A stretch of DNA of 64,000 bases from an uncultured Candidatus Saccharibacteria bacterium. Lineage in GTDB: Bacteria > Patescibacteriota > Saccharimonadia > Saccharimonadales > Saccharimonadaceae. The stretch is from NCBI GenBank assembly GCA_965241395.1, contig CBDEOC010000059.1:5198-69197 (forward strand), given 5' to 3'. The notes beneath the pieces were generated by a model. It was not told where the DNA came from. It searched no databases and was given only the letters and a program-made list of their open reading frames with translations. Below, one piece after another: positions 8,536 through 18,262 of this stretch. Each line of letters begins with the position of its first letter. The stretch's first letter is position 1. The translations under genes were made by a program, and so were the position numbers.

Positions 8536-10487
8536 TCAAGCTTGGCGATGTCGCTCTGCTCTCTCTGACCAAGCTTCATACTCGGAAGATTAGGACGATT
8601 ATCACGATACTGCTTACCAGCATACTGTTCGGTGTTTTGGTCATGGGGTCTTTGGTGACTAACGGTGTATTTCGAGGAGTAGATAGCTTTAAGCGGAACG
8701 GGCTGACCGGACGCTACATCGTTAGTGTTGCTAAAGCGTTTGATAGCAATGCCGGCACTACAACTTCTAAAGACCCTATCCTGATAGCCGAGGCGAAGAA
8801 GCGGTATCAACAGCTGGTCAAAGCTAAGACAGTGGAAGCGAAGCGACTGGGTATAGACTACTTGCAGGAAAGTGACGATCCGCCGTATTCACGCCTTGAT
8901 GATAACAGTGAGATGCTCAAGCCGAGCGATTCTAACGGCATCATTCACCGGCTTCTCAAGGAGAAGTTTAGCGGCCAGCCGGTTATCGACGAGACAACAC
9001 TTAGGAAGCGTGCCGGCAAATATCATAGCATCGGCATATATAAAGAGCTGTACTACACACCGGTGACAGGGTCATCTTTATTACACTTGAAAGACGGCAG
9101 AGAAGCTTTTTACGATATTTCCAAAGATGCGGTGAAGAATGCAAATGATATCAGGTCGCCACTTGGTGATGGTCGCCTGATAACAGCTCCGGACAGCCTG
9201 GTCAGCTCGTTTATCTTGCCACATAATGCCAGCTGGCAGCCGGACGGCCAGAGCTTGCCGATCATATTACCTCGGGATGTGGTCGAGCATTTACTGGGCT
9301 TGGGCAAGCTACCGGATAACGCCTCGACTAAGGAGCGCTTGGATCGGCTACACCTCATCTATGATAAGGCAAAAGACCTAACTTTTCAGATGTGTTACCG
9401 TAATGACGTATCGCAGGCACAGATCCAACAAGCTATCCGGCAACGACGGGAGATCAATGCTAATAAAGGCAAGAAGGACTATCAAATGCCTTCTCTGGTC
9501 TACGCTTTACCTGATGCAACTAAGTGTCAGAACGCCATCACTATCCGAGATACTCGGACGGCTGAGGAGAAGAAACAGGATGCTAATCAGAAGATATTTG
9601 ATGTTAGATTCGGCAAAAATACCGAGCCGATCAGTGCTATGGTGACCTTTAAGGTGGTCGGTGTGTCTCCGGCGATGAACGATAGCGTGACGGATCTCAG
9701 CCAGCCCGGCAAGAAAGAGCGTTCACGGAGCTTTAAGGATATAGTTAATGATCTATTGCGGGTGGATAGTATCGGGCAGGTCATACCCCAATCACTCTAT
9801 GACCGGCTCCCGAATAAGTATGCCTATGCCGGTATATTTAGCTACACGCCAACTTACACATTTGGTAATGAAGACAATGTGCTGTACTTCGTCGAGTTCG
9901 CTACGGCGAAAGATGCTCAGAAGTTTATCGATGAACAGAGCTGTAGGACGCAGTATGACGGCACTTGCAAGCCGAGCGGGAGACTATATATGGCGGATCT
10001 CGTCTTTAGTAATAGTTCGGCGATCGACGATATTCAGAAGCAAGTTCGGATATGGCTCCATTACGCTATGTTGGCGGTAATCGTGCTAGCGGTCGCCATC
10101 ATGTGGATCACGGTCGGTCGGACGATAGTTGATGGTCGGCATGAGACAGCGGTTTTTCGGGCGATTGGCTTTAAGCGGGTAGATATCGCTAGCGTCTATA
10201 TCGTTTACACCATTCTCTTATCATTGCTTGTTACCACCTGTGCTTTCGGGTTAGGTATTATCGGGGCGCATTTGTTGGACGGACAGCTATCGCCCGGTTT
10301 AACTGCCCAGGCGCAATATGGCTTTAATGAGCTGAGCTCAGCCAAACGGATCAGTCTGGTCGGTTACGATTGGCATCAGTTAGGGTTGATCGCTATCATC
10401 TGCTTGGCTACCGGTCTCCTTAGTGCCGTCTTGCCCCTGATCCGTAATGTCCGCCGTAGCCCGATCCGTGATATGCGAGAAGAGTAG
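8532..10487 (+). CDS. FtsX-family ABC permease with a very large extracytoplasmic domain
   Basis: Its start overlaps the stop of the ATPase gene by 4 nt. It has an N-terminal TM helix, an extracytoplasmic region of about 480 aa, and a C-terminal FtsX-like three-TM module (FRAIGFKRVDIASVYIVYTILLSLLV). Confidence 0.75.
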   Translation: MIKLGDVALLSLTKLHTRKIRTIITILLTSILFGVLVMGSLVTNGVFRGVDSFKRNGLTGRYIVSVAKAFDSNAGTTTSKDPILIAEAKKRYQQLVKAKTVEAKRLGIDYLQESDDPPYSRLDDNSEMLKPSDSNGIIHRLLKEKFSGQPVIDETTLRKRAGKYHSIGIYKELYYTPVTGSSLLHLKDGREAFYDISKDAVKNANDIRSPLGDGRLITAPDSLVSSFILPHNASWQPDGQSLPIILPRDVVEHLLGLGKLPDNASTKERLDRLHLIYDKAKDLTFQMCYRNDVSQAQIQQAIRQRREINANKGKKDYQMPSLVYALPDATKCQNAITIRDTRTAEEKKQDANQKIFDVRFGKNTEPISAMVTFKVVGVSPAMNDSVTDLSQPGKKERSRSFKDIVNDLLRVDSIGQVIPQSLYDRLPNKYAYAGIFSYTPTYTFGNEDNVLYFVEFATAKDAQKFIDEQSCRTQYDGTCKPSGRLYMADLVFSNSSAIDDIQKQVRIWLHYAMLAVIVLAVAIMWITVGRTIVDGRHETAVFRAIGFKRVDIASVYIVYTILLSLLVTTCAFGLGIIGAHLLDGQLSPGLTAQAQYGFNELSSAKRISLVGYDWHQLGLIAIICLATGLLSAVLPLIRNVRRSPIRDMREE

Positions 10488-10517
10488 CCTGCCTCGTAAT
10501 ATGCTAGAATATACAGC

Positions 10518-12416
10518 ATGAAACCGGATAACAATACTCCGCCGAGGCGCCCTGCCTCGTCGAATCGCAACAAGTCGGGTCATAGCCCGAAGAACTTGGT
10601 TTTCTACGCTGTTTTGATTATCTTTGCTGTGGCAATCTTTGGTCTGATCAAGCGAGAGGGGCAGTCAGCTGAGATATCTTTCTCTGAGCTGGTGAATCAA
10701 GTTAATCAGGGTAAGGTCGCTAAGATCGTCGAATCAGGGTCGAATCTGTCAGTCTACATGAAGAATAGTCAGGGCCAGGCAGAACAGTCACCATCCAAGG
10801 TATCTCGGATTCCTTCGGGGGCAAGCGCATCTGAGCAGGGATTAAAGCTCAGTAAGACCAAGTATGTGGTCGTCCCGCCGGATAACACTAGTGACATTAT
10901 CTGGAATATTGCTTCGATAGTCGTGCCTGTCCTGCTGATGCTCCTGCTGTTTGCCTGGATGATGCGCCAGGCCGGGGCGCAGAATAATCAGTCGCTTAGC
11001 TTTGGTAAAAGTAAGGCGAAGCTCTACGGCATGGACCGCACCAAGACCAAGTTTTCCGAGATCGCCGGTAACGATAACGCTAAGCAAGACTTAGCCGAGG
11101 TGGTCGATTTCTTGCGTCACCCCAGGAAGTTCCTCGGTCTCGGTGCCAAGATCCCTAAAGGAGTCTTATTGGTCGGTCCACCAGGGACGGGTAAGACGAT
11201 GATGGCTCGAGCGGTGGCCGGCGAAGCGGGCGTACCCTTCTTTAGCATCTCCGGCTCAGAGTTTGTCGAGATGTTCGTCGGTGTCGGGGCAAGCCGGGTA
11301 CGTGATCTCTTCGACAAGGCGAAGAAGAATGCGCCGTGTATCATCTTTATCGACGAGATTGATGCTGTAGGTCGCCGTCGTGGTAGCGGTATGGGTGGTG
11401 GTCATGATGAGCGGGAGCAGACCTTGAACCAAATCTTGGTGGAGATGGACGGCTTTGAGAAAGATCAAAATGTCATCGTCCTGGCGGCAACTAACCGAGC
11501 TGACGTACTGGACCCGGCTTTACTGCGCCCGGGTCGGTTTGACCGACGGGTGAATATCACCTTGCCGGAGCGTCAGGACCGCTTGGCTATCCTGAAAGTG
11601 CATTTCAGAGAGAAGCCGACTAACGCTGATGTCGACTTAAACGCCCTAGCAGCTAAGACGGCCGGTATGTCGGGAGCAGACCTAGCTAATATTGCTAACG
11701 AGGCGGCCATTCGGGCAGCTCGTCTGGACAAGAAAGAGATAGATAATTCTGATGTCACTGAGGCGCTGGAGAAAGTGGCGATCGGTCCGGAGAGGCGCAG
11801 TAATATCATGCGTGAGAAGGATAAGATCATGACAGCTTATCATGAAGGTGGGCATGCTCTAGTGGCGCAGGTACTACCGGATAGCGATAACGTCCATAAG
11901 GTGACCATTATCCCTAGGGGTGCTACCGGTGGTGTCACTTGGACGATCCCTGAGCATGATCGACCCTACACCAGCATGTCAGAGTATAAAGACGAGTTGG
12001 CACGGGCGATGGGTGGTCGGATCGCCGAGGAGGTTATCTACGGTCGGGATCATGTCACTAGTGGTGCCAGCTCAGATTTGCGCCATGCTACGGCGATTGC
12101 CCGGGATATGGTGATCGAACAGGGCATGGGTAAGCGACTGAGCGACCAATCTTTCCACGAAGACGAGGGTGGACTCATGATGGATCGGATTACCAGGGAG
12201 AAGCCCTACTCGGATAAAACCGCCGAGGAGATTGATCAGGAGATTCGTGACCTGATAGAAGAAGCGACCAGGCGAGCCCGGGATATCATCAAGACGAATC
12301 GAGCTCTGCTGGAGAAACTGAAAGATGCTCTCTTAGAGCATGAGACACTTGATGCTGATGAAGTAGCGGCAATCTTAGACGGTATGGTCTTACCGGAAAC
12401 GGCGAAGCTATACTAA
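10518..12416 (+). CDS. ftsH: ATP-dependent zinc metalloprotease FtsH
   Basis: [14 protein letters not shown], the second region of homology, and the zinc site HEGGHAL. Confidence 0.96.
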   Translation: MKPDNNTPPRRPASSNRNKSGHSPKNLVFYAVLIIFAVAIFGLIKREGQSAEISFSELVNQVNQGKVAKIVESGSNLSVYMKNSQGQAEQSPSKVSRIPSGASASEQGLKLSKTKYVVVPPDNTSDIIWNIASIVVPVLLMLLLFAWMMRQAGAQNNQSLSFGKSKAKLYGMDRTKTKFSEIAGNDNAKQDLAEVVDFLRHPRKFLGLGAKIPKGVLLVGPPGTGKTMMARAVAGEAGVPFFSISGSEFVEMFVGVGASRVRDLFDKAKKNAPCIIFIDEIDAVGRRRGSGMGGGHDEREQTLNQILVEMDGFEKDQNVIVLAATNRADVLDPALLRPGRFDRRVNITLPERQDRLAILKVHFREKPTNADVDLNALAAKTAGMSGADLANIANEAAIRAARLDKKEIDNSDVTEALEKVAIGPERRSNIMREKDKIMTAYHEGGHALVAQVLPDSDNVHKVTIIPRGATGGVTWTIPEHDRPYTSMSEYKDELARAMGGRIAEEVIYGRDHVTSGASSDLRHATAIARDMVIEQGMGKRLSDQSFHEDEGGLMMDRITREKPYSDKTAEEIDQEIRDLIEEATRRARDIIKTNRALLEKLKDALLEHETLDADEVAAILDGMVLPETAKLY

Positions 12417-12426
12417 GAGGGGCGAC

Positions 12427-14127
12427 ATGTTATTTCTGAGCGGAGATAAGCTAGTCGCCGATCGTAATAAAATCCAGCGTCAACGTCGACGCAATCGGGC
12501 GCTGGTGGCTATCGCTCGAGCTAATCAGAAGATGAGTGTCCGCCTGGCGGCAGTCATCTTGTCCAGCTCGACTTTGGTCTCAGCTTTACTAGGGATCTAC
12601 CGAGATCGTTTGCTTAATTCGATGTATCTTGATACCTACAAGGTGGGGATAGATGCCTATACGGTAGCCTTTACCATCCCTGACTTCATGTACCTACTCT
12701 TAGTCAGTGGGGCGTTGGCAGTGACCTTTATCCCGGTCTTCAACTCTCGTCTGGCTAAGAACAATCGGGAGAGTGCCTGGCAGATGAGCACCAGCCTGAT
12801 CAACTTCTTAGCGTTGGTCACTATGGTGACCTCGGTGCTGATCATGATCTTCGCTCCGATCCTAGTTAAGTATGTCGTCGGACCGGGACTGTCGGAGTCG
12901 GGTCAAGAGTTGGCTATCAGTATGATGCGGGTGATCGCCATTAATCCCTTCCTGTTCGCTGTAGCGACGGTCATCTCTTCGGTGCAGCAGGCGGTTGGGC
13001 GGTTCGTCTTTAACGCCCTGGCTCCAACTATGTATAACTTAGGCATTATTATCGGGGCGATCTGGTTTACCGGCGGGATCAATCTATTCGGTCATCAGAT
13101 CTTTAGTGGCGGGATCATGGGTGTGGCGCTGGGGGTGGTGCTGGGGGCGGTACTTCAGCTAATCGTATCCAGTTTGGGATTGCTTGGACTGGGCTTCGAC
13201 TATCGGTTTAAGATTTACTGGCGCAATCGGGGCTTTCGCAAGATCCTTACTCTGCTGCCGGCTCGCTCGGCTGATCAGGGGCTTGACTATGTCAGCTCGA
13301 TCATTGACACTAATCTGGCTAGCCGGATGGCGGACGGGACGATCCGGGCTTATCAGCAGGCAAGTACACTATATAATATGCCGATTAATTTGGTAGGGGT
13401 GGCGATTGCTACGGCTGCTTTTCCTCAGCTGACTGAGCGAATCGGCGAGGGGCGCCGAGACCTATTTGCCAAGGAGCTTCGTTCGGCGATGCGGATGATC
13501 ATCTGGTTTAGTCTACCGATTGCCATGCTGATGTTCTTCTGCCGAGGCTATATTGTCTCTATCATTGACCGGGGTGGCAACGGAACTATCGCTATGCTCT
13601 TAGGCATCTTTTGTTTAGCTATCTTTCTCAGATCAGTTTTTCACATTATGTCGCGGAGCTTCTATGCTTTCCAAGATACTAAGACACCCTTATTAGTATC
13701 ACTGGTGACCTTAGCTGTCTCGGTCGGGCTGGAGATTTGGCTGGTCTTCGGCTGGCATATGGGAGCGGGAGGCATAGCCTGGGCACAAGTGATCTGGGCG
13801 CTTTTGGAGTTGACCAGCCTAACGGTACTAATCTTGCGTCGGGTGCCGAACCTATTTGATAGTCAATTCTGGCACAAGATCAGTCGGATGTTGATTGCCT
13901 GTGGCGTGATGTCGGTCGTTACTTACTTGATGGTACAGCGGATCAACCTGAAGTTTGAGAATCAGAATATGATCATGGTATTGATCCCGCTAGCTGTCAT
14001 CGGGACGGTCAGCATCCTGGTTTACCTCGGTGTATCTCGACTGCTGAGGATTGAGGAGGCGGAACCGATCATTACTAAGCTAGGTCGGATAGTGAGTGGG
14101 CGCTTCATGCTGGGTAAAGATAAATGA
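12427..14127 (+). CDS. murJ: Lipid II flippase MurJ (MOP superfamily)
   Basis: Polytopic membrane protein of about 14 TM helices. The N-terminal LLGIYRDRLL matches the SR.lG..Rd signature of MurJ. Confidence 0.8.
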   Translation: MLFLSGDKLVADRNKIQRQRRRNRALVAIARANQKMSVRLAAVILSSSTLVSALLGIYRDRLLNSMYLDTYKVGIDAYTVAFTIPDFMYLLLVSGALAVTFIPVFNSRLAKNNRESAWQMSTSLINFLALVTMVTSVLIMIFAPILVKYVVGPGLSESGQELAISMMRVIAINPFLFAVATVISSVQQAVGRFVFNALAPTMYNLGIIIGAIWFTGGINLFGHQIFSGGIMGVALGVVLGAVLQLIVSSLGLLGLGFDYRFKIYWRNRGFRKILTLLPARSADQGLDYVSSIIDTNLASRMADGTIRAYQQASTLYNMPINLVGVAIATAAFPQLTERIGEGRRDLFAKELRSAMRMIIWFSLPIAMLMFFCRGYIVSIIDRGGNGTIAMLLGIFCLAIFLRSVFHIMSRSFYAFQDTKTPLLVSLVTLAVSVGLEIWLVFGWHMGAGGIAWAQVIWALLELTSLTVLILRRVPNLFDSQFWHKISRMLIACGVMSVVTYLMVQRINLKFENQNMIMVLIPLAVIGTVSILVYLGVSRLLRIEEAEPIITKLGRIVSGRFMLGKDK

Positions 14128-15917
14128 CTAGTCCGGTGAACTTGCGCAACTTCTGCATCATTGCTCATATTGACCACGGTAAATCGACTTTGGCTGACCG
14201 GATGATGGAGCTAACCGGTACAGTAGAGAAGCGAGCCATGAAGCAACAGCTGCTTGACTCAATGGAGCTGGAGCGAGAGAAGGGTATCACCATTAAGCTA
14301 TCGCCGGTTAGGATGCACTATCAGGGCTATGACCTTAATCTGATTGATACGCCGGGGCATGTTGATTTCTCTTATGAGGTGTCACGTTCGCTGGAGGCTT
14401 GTGAAGGAGCAGTGCTGGTGGTTGATGCTACTCAGGGCATCCAGGCTCAGACTCTGACAAATGTCTACTTAGCGATAGAGGCTAACCTGACCATCATCCC
14501 GGTGCTTAACAAGATTGATTTGCCGGCTTCGGATACAGCCAAAGTCAGCGCTCAGCTGATCAGTCTACTGGGCTGCGAAGAGACGGATATTATCAAAGTT
14601 AGTGCTAAGACAGGACAGAATGTTGATCGGGTGCTGGAGGCGATCATCAAGCGCATTCCGGCACCGCAGGGCGACTCAGCAGCGCCGACCAGAGCGCTAA
14701 TCTTTGACAGCTACTACGACGATTATCGGGGTGTCGTGCTATATGTGCGACTGGTTGACGGACAGCTGGCTAAAGGTGCTTCTATCCGGATGATGGCGAC
14801 CGGGGCGAAGGCATTAGCACTGGAAGTAGGGCATCTGGCGCCGGGCATGATGGCTGATTCGGCTCTGACAACCGGTCAGATAGGCTATATCGTGACTAAC
14901 CTTAAGACGACTCGGGAGGCTCGGGTTGGTGATACGGTAACGGTCGGGTCGAGTGAGCCGGACTCGGCTAAGGTCAAGCCTCTACCGGGCTATCGTGAGG
15001 TCAAGCCGTTTGTCTATGCCGGCTTTTTCCCCACCTCTAATGAATACTACGATGCCTTGAAAGAGGCGGTCGAGAAGCTGAGCCTGAGTGATAGCGTTTT
15101 ACACTACACGCCCGAGAACTCACCGGTGCTGGGTTTCGGCCTGAGGCTTGGTTTCCTAGGGTTACTTCATATGGATATCGTGCGGGAGAGGCTGGAGCGG
15201 GAGTATGGACTGGAACTCATCGTCACCAATCCCTCGACTAGCTATCAGGTTAAGCTAACCGATGGCACAGCGCTAACCATTGAGTCGGCTGACGAGCTAC
15301 CTGATCGGAGCAAGATAATTAGTACCGCTGAGCCATGGATTGGTGGTGAGATAGTAGTGCCGGTTGATTACGTTGGTTCGGTCATCCAACTGATCGTCAA
15401 GAAGCGAGGGCTACAGAAGAACATTAGCTATATCGGTGAACGGGCGGTAATTGATTTCGAAGCACCGATGGCGAATCTGCTGACTGATTTTTATGACCAG
15501 CTCAAGAGCTTGACCTCGGGCTATGGGACGTACAATTATGACCTGATTGGCTACCGAGAAGGTGATCTGGTGCGGGTTGATTTCTACGTGGCCGGTGAAT
15601 TGGTGTCGGCGCTCAGTCTGATGTGTCATCGCTCCGAGTCGGCTAAGCTAGGGCGAGAGGTAGTTCGCAAATTAAAGGAGGTGATTCCCAGACAACAGTT
15701 TGCCGTCAGCTTACAGGCGGGTATTGGCGGTAAGTTTATCGCCCGAGAAGATTTATCATCTTATCGCAAGGATGTCACGGTTAAGATTCACACTGGAGAT
15801 CCCGACCGGCGAGCCAAGCTGCTTGACAAGCAACGGCGAGGCAAGAAGCGGATGAAGCGCTTCGGCAAGGTTGACATCCCCGCCGACGCCTTCACGGTGA
15901 TGCTCAAGCGAGATTGA
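14124..15917 (+). CDS. lepA: Elongation factor 4 (LepA)
   Basis: NFCIIAHIDHGKSTLADR, DTPGHVDF, NKIDL and the LepA-specific C-terminal domain. Confidence 0.96.
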   Translation: MTSPVNLRNFCIIAHIDHGKSTLADRMMELTGTVEKRAMKQQLLDSMELEREKGITIKLSPVRMHYQGYDLNLIDTPGHVDFSYEVSRSLEACEGAVLVVDATQGIQAQTLTNVYLAIEANLTIIPVLNKIDLPASDTAKVSAQLISLLGCEETDIIKVSAKTGQNVDRVLEAIIKRIPAPQGDSAAPTRALIFDSYYDDYRGVVLYVRLVDGQLAKGASIRMMATGAKALALEVGHLAPGMMADSALTTGQIGYIVTNLKTTREARVGDTVTVGSSEPDSAKVKPLPGYREVKPFVYAGFFPTSNEYYDALKEAVEKLSLSDSVLHYTPENSPVLGFGLRLGFLGLLHMDIVRERLEREYGLELIVTNPSTSYQVKLTDGTALTIESADELPDRSKIISTAEPWIGGEIVVPVDYVGSVIQLIVKKRGLQKNISYIGERAVIDFEAPMANLLTDFYDQLKSLTSGYGTYNYDLIGYREGDLVRVDFYVAGELVSALSLMCHRSESAKLGREVVRKLKEVIPRQQFAVSLQAGIGGKFIAREDLSSYRKDVTVKIHTGDPDRRAKLLDKQRRGKKRMKRFGKVDIPADAFTVMLKRD

Positions 15918-15934
15918 GCGAGAGGTGACATTCT

Positions 15935-15975
15935 TATTGACAATTTAGGTGACTTGCCACCGAAATTGTCAGTAG
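15935..15975. repeat. 41-nt palindrome-containing repeat, downstream copy flanking ATPase-2
   Basis: TATTGACAATTTAGGTGACTTGCCACCGAAATTGTCAGTAG is identical to 17346-17386. Internal hairpin: TGACAATTT.GGTG/CACC.AAATTGTCA. Confidence 0.9.
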
Positions 15976-16034
15976 ATACCGGGTTTTGTTAGACCTGGTA
16001 GAGTGATATCTCTACTACTAAGCTAATAGTTTAG

Positions 16035-17303
16035 TTATGACATCTCTCTATCTAGACTATCTTCATTTAGCAGGAAGTCTAGAATGTTCATGATGACAAT
16101 GCCGTTCTCTTCACGGCCCGGTAGCATCAGATCGCCGGTGACGATGATTCTTTTGAAGAAGTCGTCGATATTATTAAGCGGACGAGCCTCAATTGCTCTC
16201 TTCTCGGTATCGTTTATGGTGAGTGCTGACTGGATGTAATATTTACGGTCGCCCTGGTTGGCTACGAAATCGATTTCGACATGCTTCTTGCTCTTTTCCA
16301 TAGTCTTTAGGTTACGCTCATAAATCTCTACAACTCCGACATCAACCTGATAACCACGGTGACGGAGCTCATTATAGATGACATTCTCCATGATATGATT
16401 CTCTTCTATCTGGCGGAAGCCGACAAACGAGTTGCGAATACCGATGTCGGTGAAGTAGTATTTCACCGGAGTATCCATATACTGTTTACCCTTGACATCA
16501 AATCTCTTGGCACATTCGATGATATACGACTCTTCTAGCTTGCCGAGATAATCGTTGATAGTATTATGGCTCAGACTTACGTTTACCTTGCTCTTAAAAG
16601 TATTTTCCAGCTTATACGGGTTAGTCAGTGAGCCGACACTGGAGGCAACGATCTCGATAAGCGATCGGAGAGCAGTATCATTTCTCACGCTGTGACGTTC
16701 AATGATATCTTTGAGATAGATGTTTTGTTGAACCTCGTTTAGATAGGACATCTTTTGCCTGCTGTCGGAGTAGTGCATGATGAGAGGGAGACCACCATAG
16801 CGGATGTATTCCTGCCAACCATCATACTTATTACTATCATAAGCAGTCATAAACTCAGCAAAGCTAAGCGGATACATATGAATCTGCTCACTCCTGCCGC
16901 GAAACTCAGTCACGATATCACTCGAGAGAAACTTGGAGTTGCTGCCGGTCACATAAACATTCAGGTTGCCTTTAGCGAGGAAGCTACTGAGGACACTCTC
17001 AAATCTATTGACTAGCTGGATCTCGTCTAAGAGAAGAAAGTACTCGGAGTTATCCTTTACCTGATCTAAGATAAATGCGTGGAGAGCCTCACGATCGTGA
17101 AGCTTCTCATTTTCGAGTAATTCCAGGTTGAGATAGATGATATGATCCTCCGGCACTCCATCAGAGATCAGGTAATCCTTGAAGATAGGGTTTAAGAGAT
17201 ATGACTTCCCGCATCGACGGACGCCGGTGATTACCTTGATAAGGGGGATGCCTCTCCGATCAATTAGCTCCTTTAGATAAGTATCTCGTTTAATTTCCTT
17301 CAT
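16035..17303 (-). CDS. COG1373-type AAA+ ATPase with a DUF4143-like C-terminal domain (ATPase-2)
   Basis: VITGVRRCGKSYLL, LLLDEIQ and a C-terminal VEIDFVANQGDRKYYIQSAL module. AAAAGGAG RBS. It is a paralog of ATPase-1. Confidence 0.8.
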   Translation of the reverse strand: MKEIKRDTYLKELIDRRGIPLIKVITGVRRCGKSYLLNPIFKDYLISDGVPEDHIIYLNLELLENEKLHDREALHAFILDQVKDNSEYFLLLDEIQLVNRFESVLSSFLAKGNLNVYVTGSNSKFLSSDIVTEFRGRSEQIHMYPLSFAEFMTAYDSNKYDGWQEYIRYGGLPLIMHYSDSRQKMSYLNEVQQNIYLKDIIERHSVRNDTALRSLIEIVASSVGSLTNPYKLENTFKSKVNVSLSHNTINDYLGKLEESYIIECAKRFDVKGKQYMDTPVKYYFTDIGIRNSFVGFRQIEENHIMENVIYNELRHRGYQVDVGVVEIYERNLKTMEKSKKHVEIDFVANQGDRKYYIQSALTINDTEKRAIEARPLNNIDDFFKRIIVTGDLMLPGREENGIVIMNILDFLLNEDSLDREMS

Positions 17304-17345
17304 GTAGACTCCTTTTCTGCTCTAATTAAAGCACACATTTGTTCC

Positions 17346-17386
17346 TATTGACAATTTAGGTGACTTGCCACCGAAATTGTCAGTAG
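17346..17386. repeat. 41-nt palindrome-containing repeat, upstream (promoter-side) copy flanking ATPase-2
   Basis: Identical to 15935-15975. On the minus strand its right arm supplies TTGTCA, 18 nt before TTTAAT, ahead of the ATPase-2 RBS. Confidence 0.9.
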
Positions 17387-17461
17387 GAATATACTCGACT
17401 ACTGCTAGTGCGAGTAACTACATATGCTTGTTATATTGATTTTAGCTACTTCTTCCGGTGA

Positions 17462-17520
17462 GGTAACCCAATTTATGGGCTAACGACTGGTAAATGGGTA
17501 ACATTATTTATAAGATAATG
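17462..17520. repeat. Copy X of a ~60-nt repeat family (GGTAACC..TTATGGGCTAACGACT..AATGGGTAAC.TTATTTAT.AGATAATG)
   Basis: About 80% identical by eye to 34799-34858. I read it as a possible solo IS-end remnant. Confidence 0.6.
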
Positions 17521-17669
17521 CTGGAGTCTGCCCAGCTGATACCAAACAAAATCAGGGAGTAATGACTTATTGACCTATCCTGGATAAGGAATAGTTGTTG
17601 TATCTTGCTGGGACTTGACATGGAGCGCTATTTTGCTACAATTAAACTAATCACCATGACCAGACAGGC

Positions 17670-17936
17670 CTAAGGTTTCGACCGACCGCCGATGCTGGTC
17701 ATTTCATATTCCAGTTGATTTCTTGCTCCGCCGATAATATTGATGCGATTACGATATTCTCTCAGCAAGCTGGAATATCGTTTATTAGGGCACATTAGTC
17801 CTCCGAGCTTGCCTTTTCCTTCGAGGTATCTCGCCAAGCAACTAAAATCGCCGTCACCGGATACGATAATAGCTTTATCGCATTCCTTGAAACATCTAGC
17901 TGAGGCGTAAAGCACTAGCCAGCCATTCTCAACCCA
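17670..17936 (-). pseudogene. 5'-truncated NYN/LabA-like domain gene fragment
   Basis: AIIVSGDGDFSCLARYLEGKGK matches the C-terminal SGDgDF motif of NYN domains. The frame is closed by a stop at 17937-17939, and the N-terminal catalytic half is absent. Confidence 0.45.
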
Positions 17937-17982
17937 TCAAATATGAGTAAAAATGCGGGACTTTAGCTTGATGGCAGAGCTA

Positions 17983-18162
17983 ATTTACCGGATAAAAATG
18001 CGAAAACTTCTCGTTTTTACCAAGTTTTCGCATTTTTGCTGCTACATTATTAGACAAGATCCCTGACCACAATCCCAAAGTTCTTATTACTCTTGATCCG
18101 GAAGAAGTCTCTCGGCGAGGGGTGCGGCAAGTCAACGCAATTAACTGGCTGCTTAGCTACTG
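17983..18162 (+). pseudogene. Internally deleted remnant of an ATPase-1 paralog (leader plus last ~35 codons)
   Basis: 17983-18044 matches the 6473-6534 leader. 18056-18162 matches the 3' end of ATPase-1 (7647-7754, about 90% by eye), reading ...DPDHNPKVLITLDPEEVSRRGVRQVNAINWLLSY*. Confidence 0.85.
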
Positions 18163-18262
18163 AAGCTATAAGACCACGCCGTCGACGGACGGAGCTACTA
18201 CGTATCATCCAGCCACTATTCAACCTATGCTATCATCTATAGTATAAAGAGTCAGAGCAATT

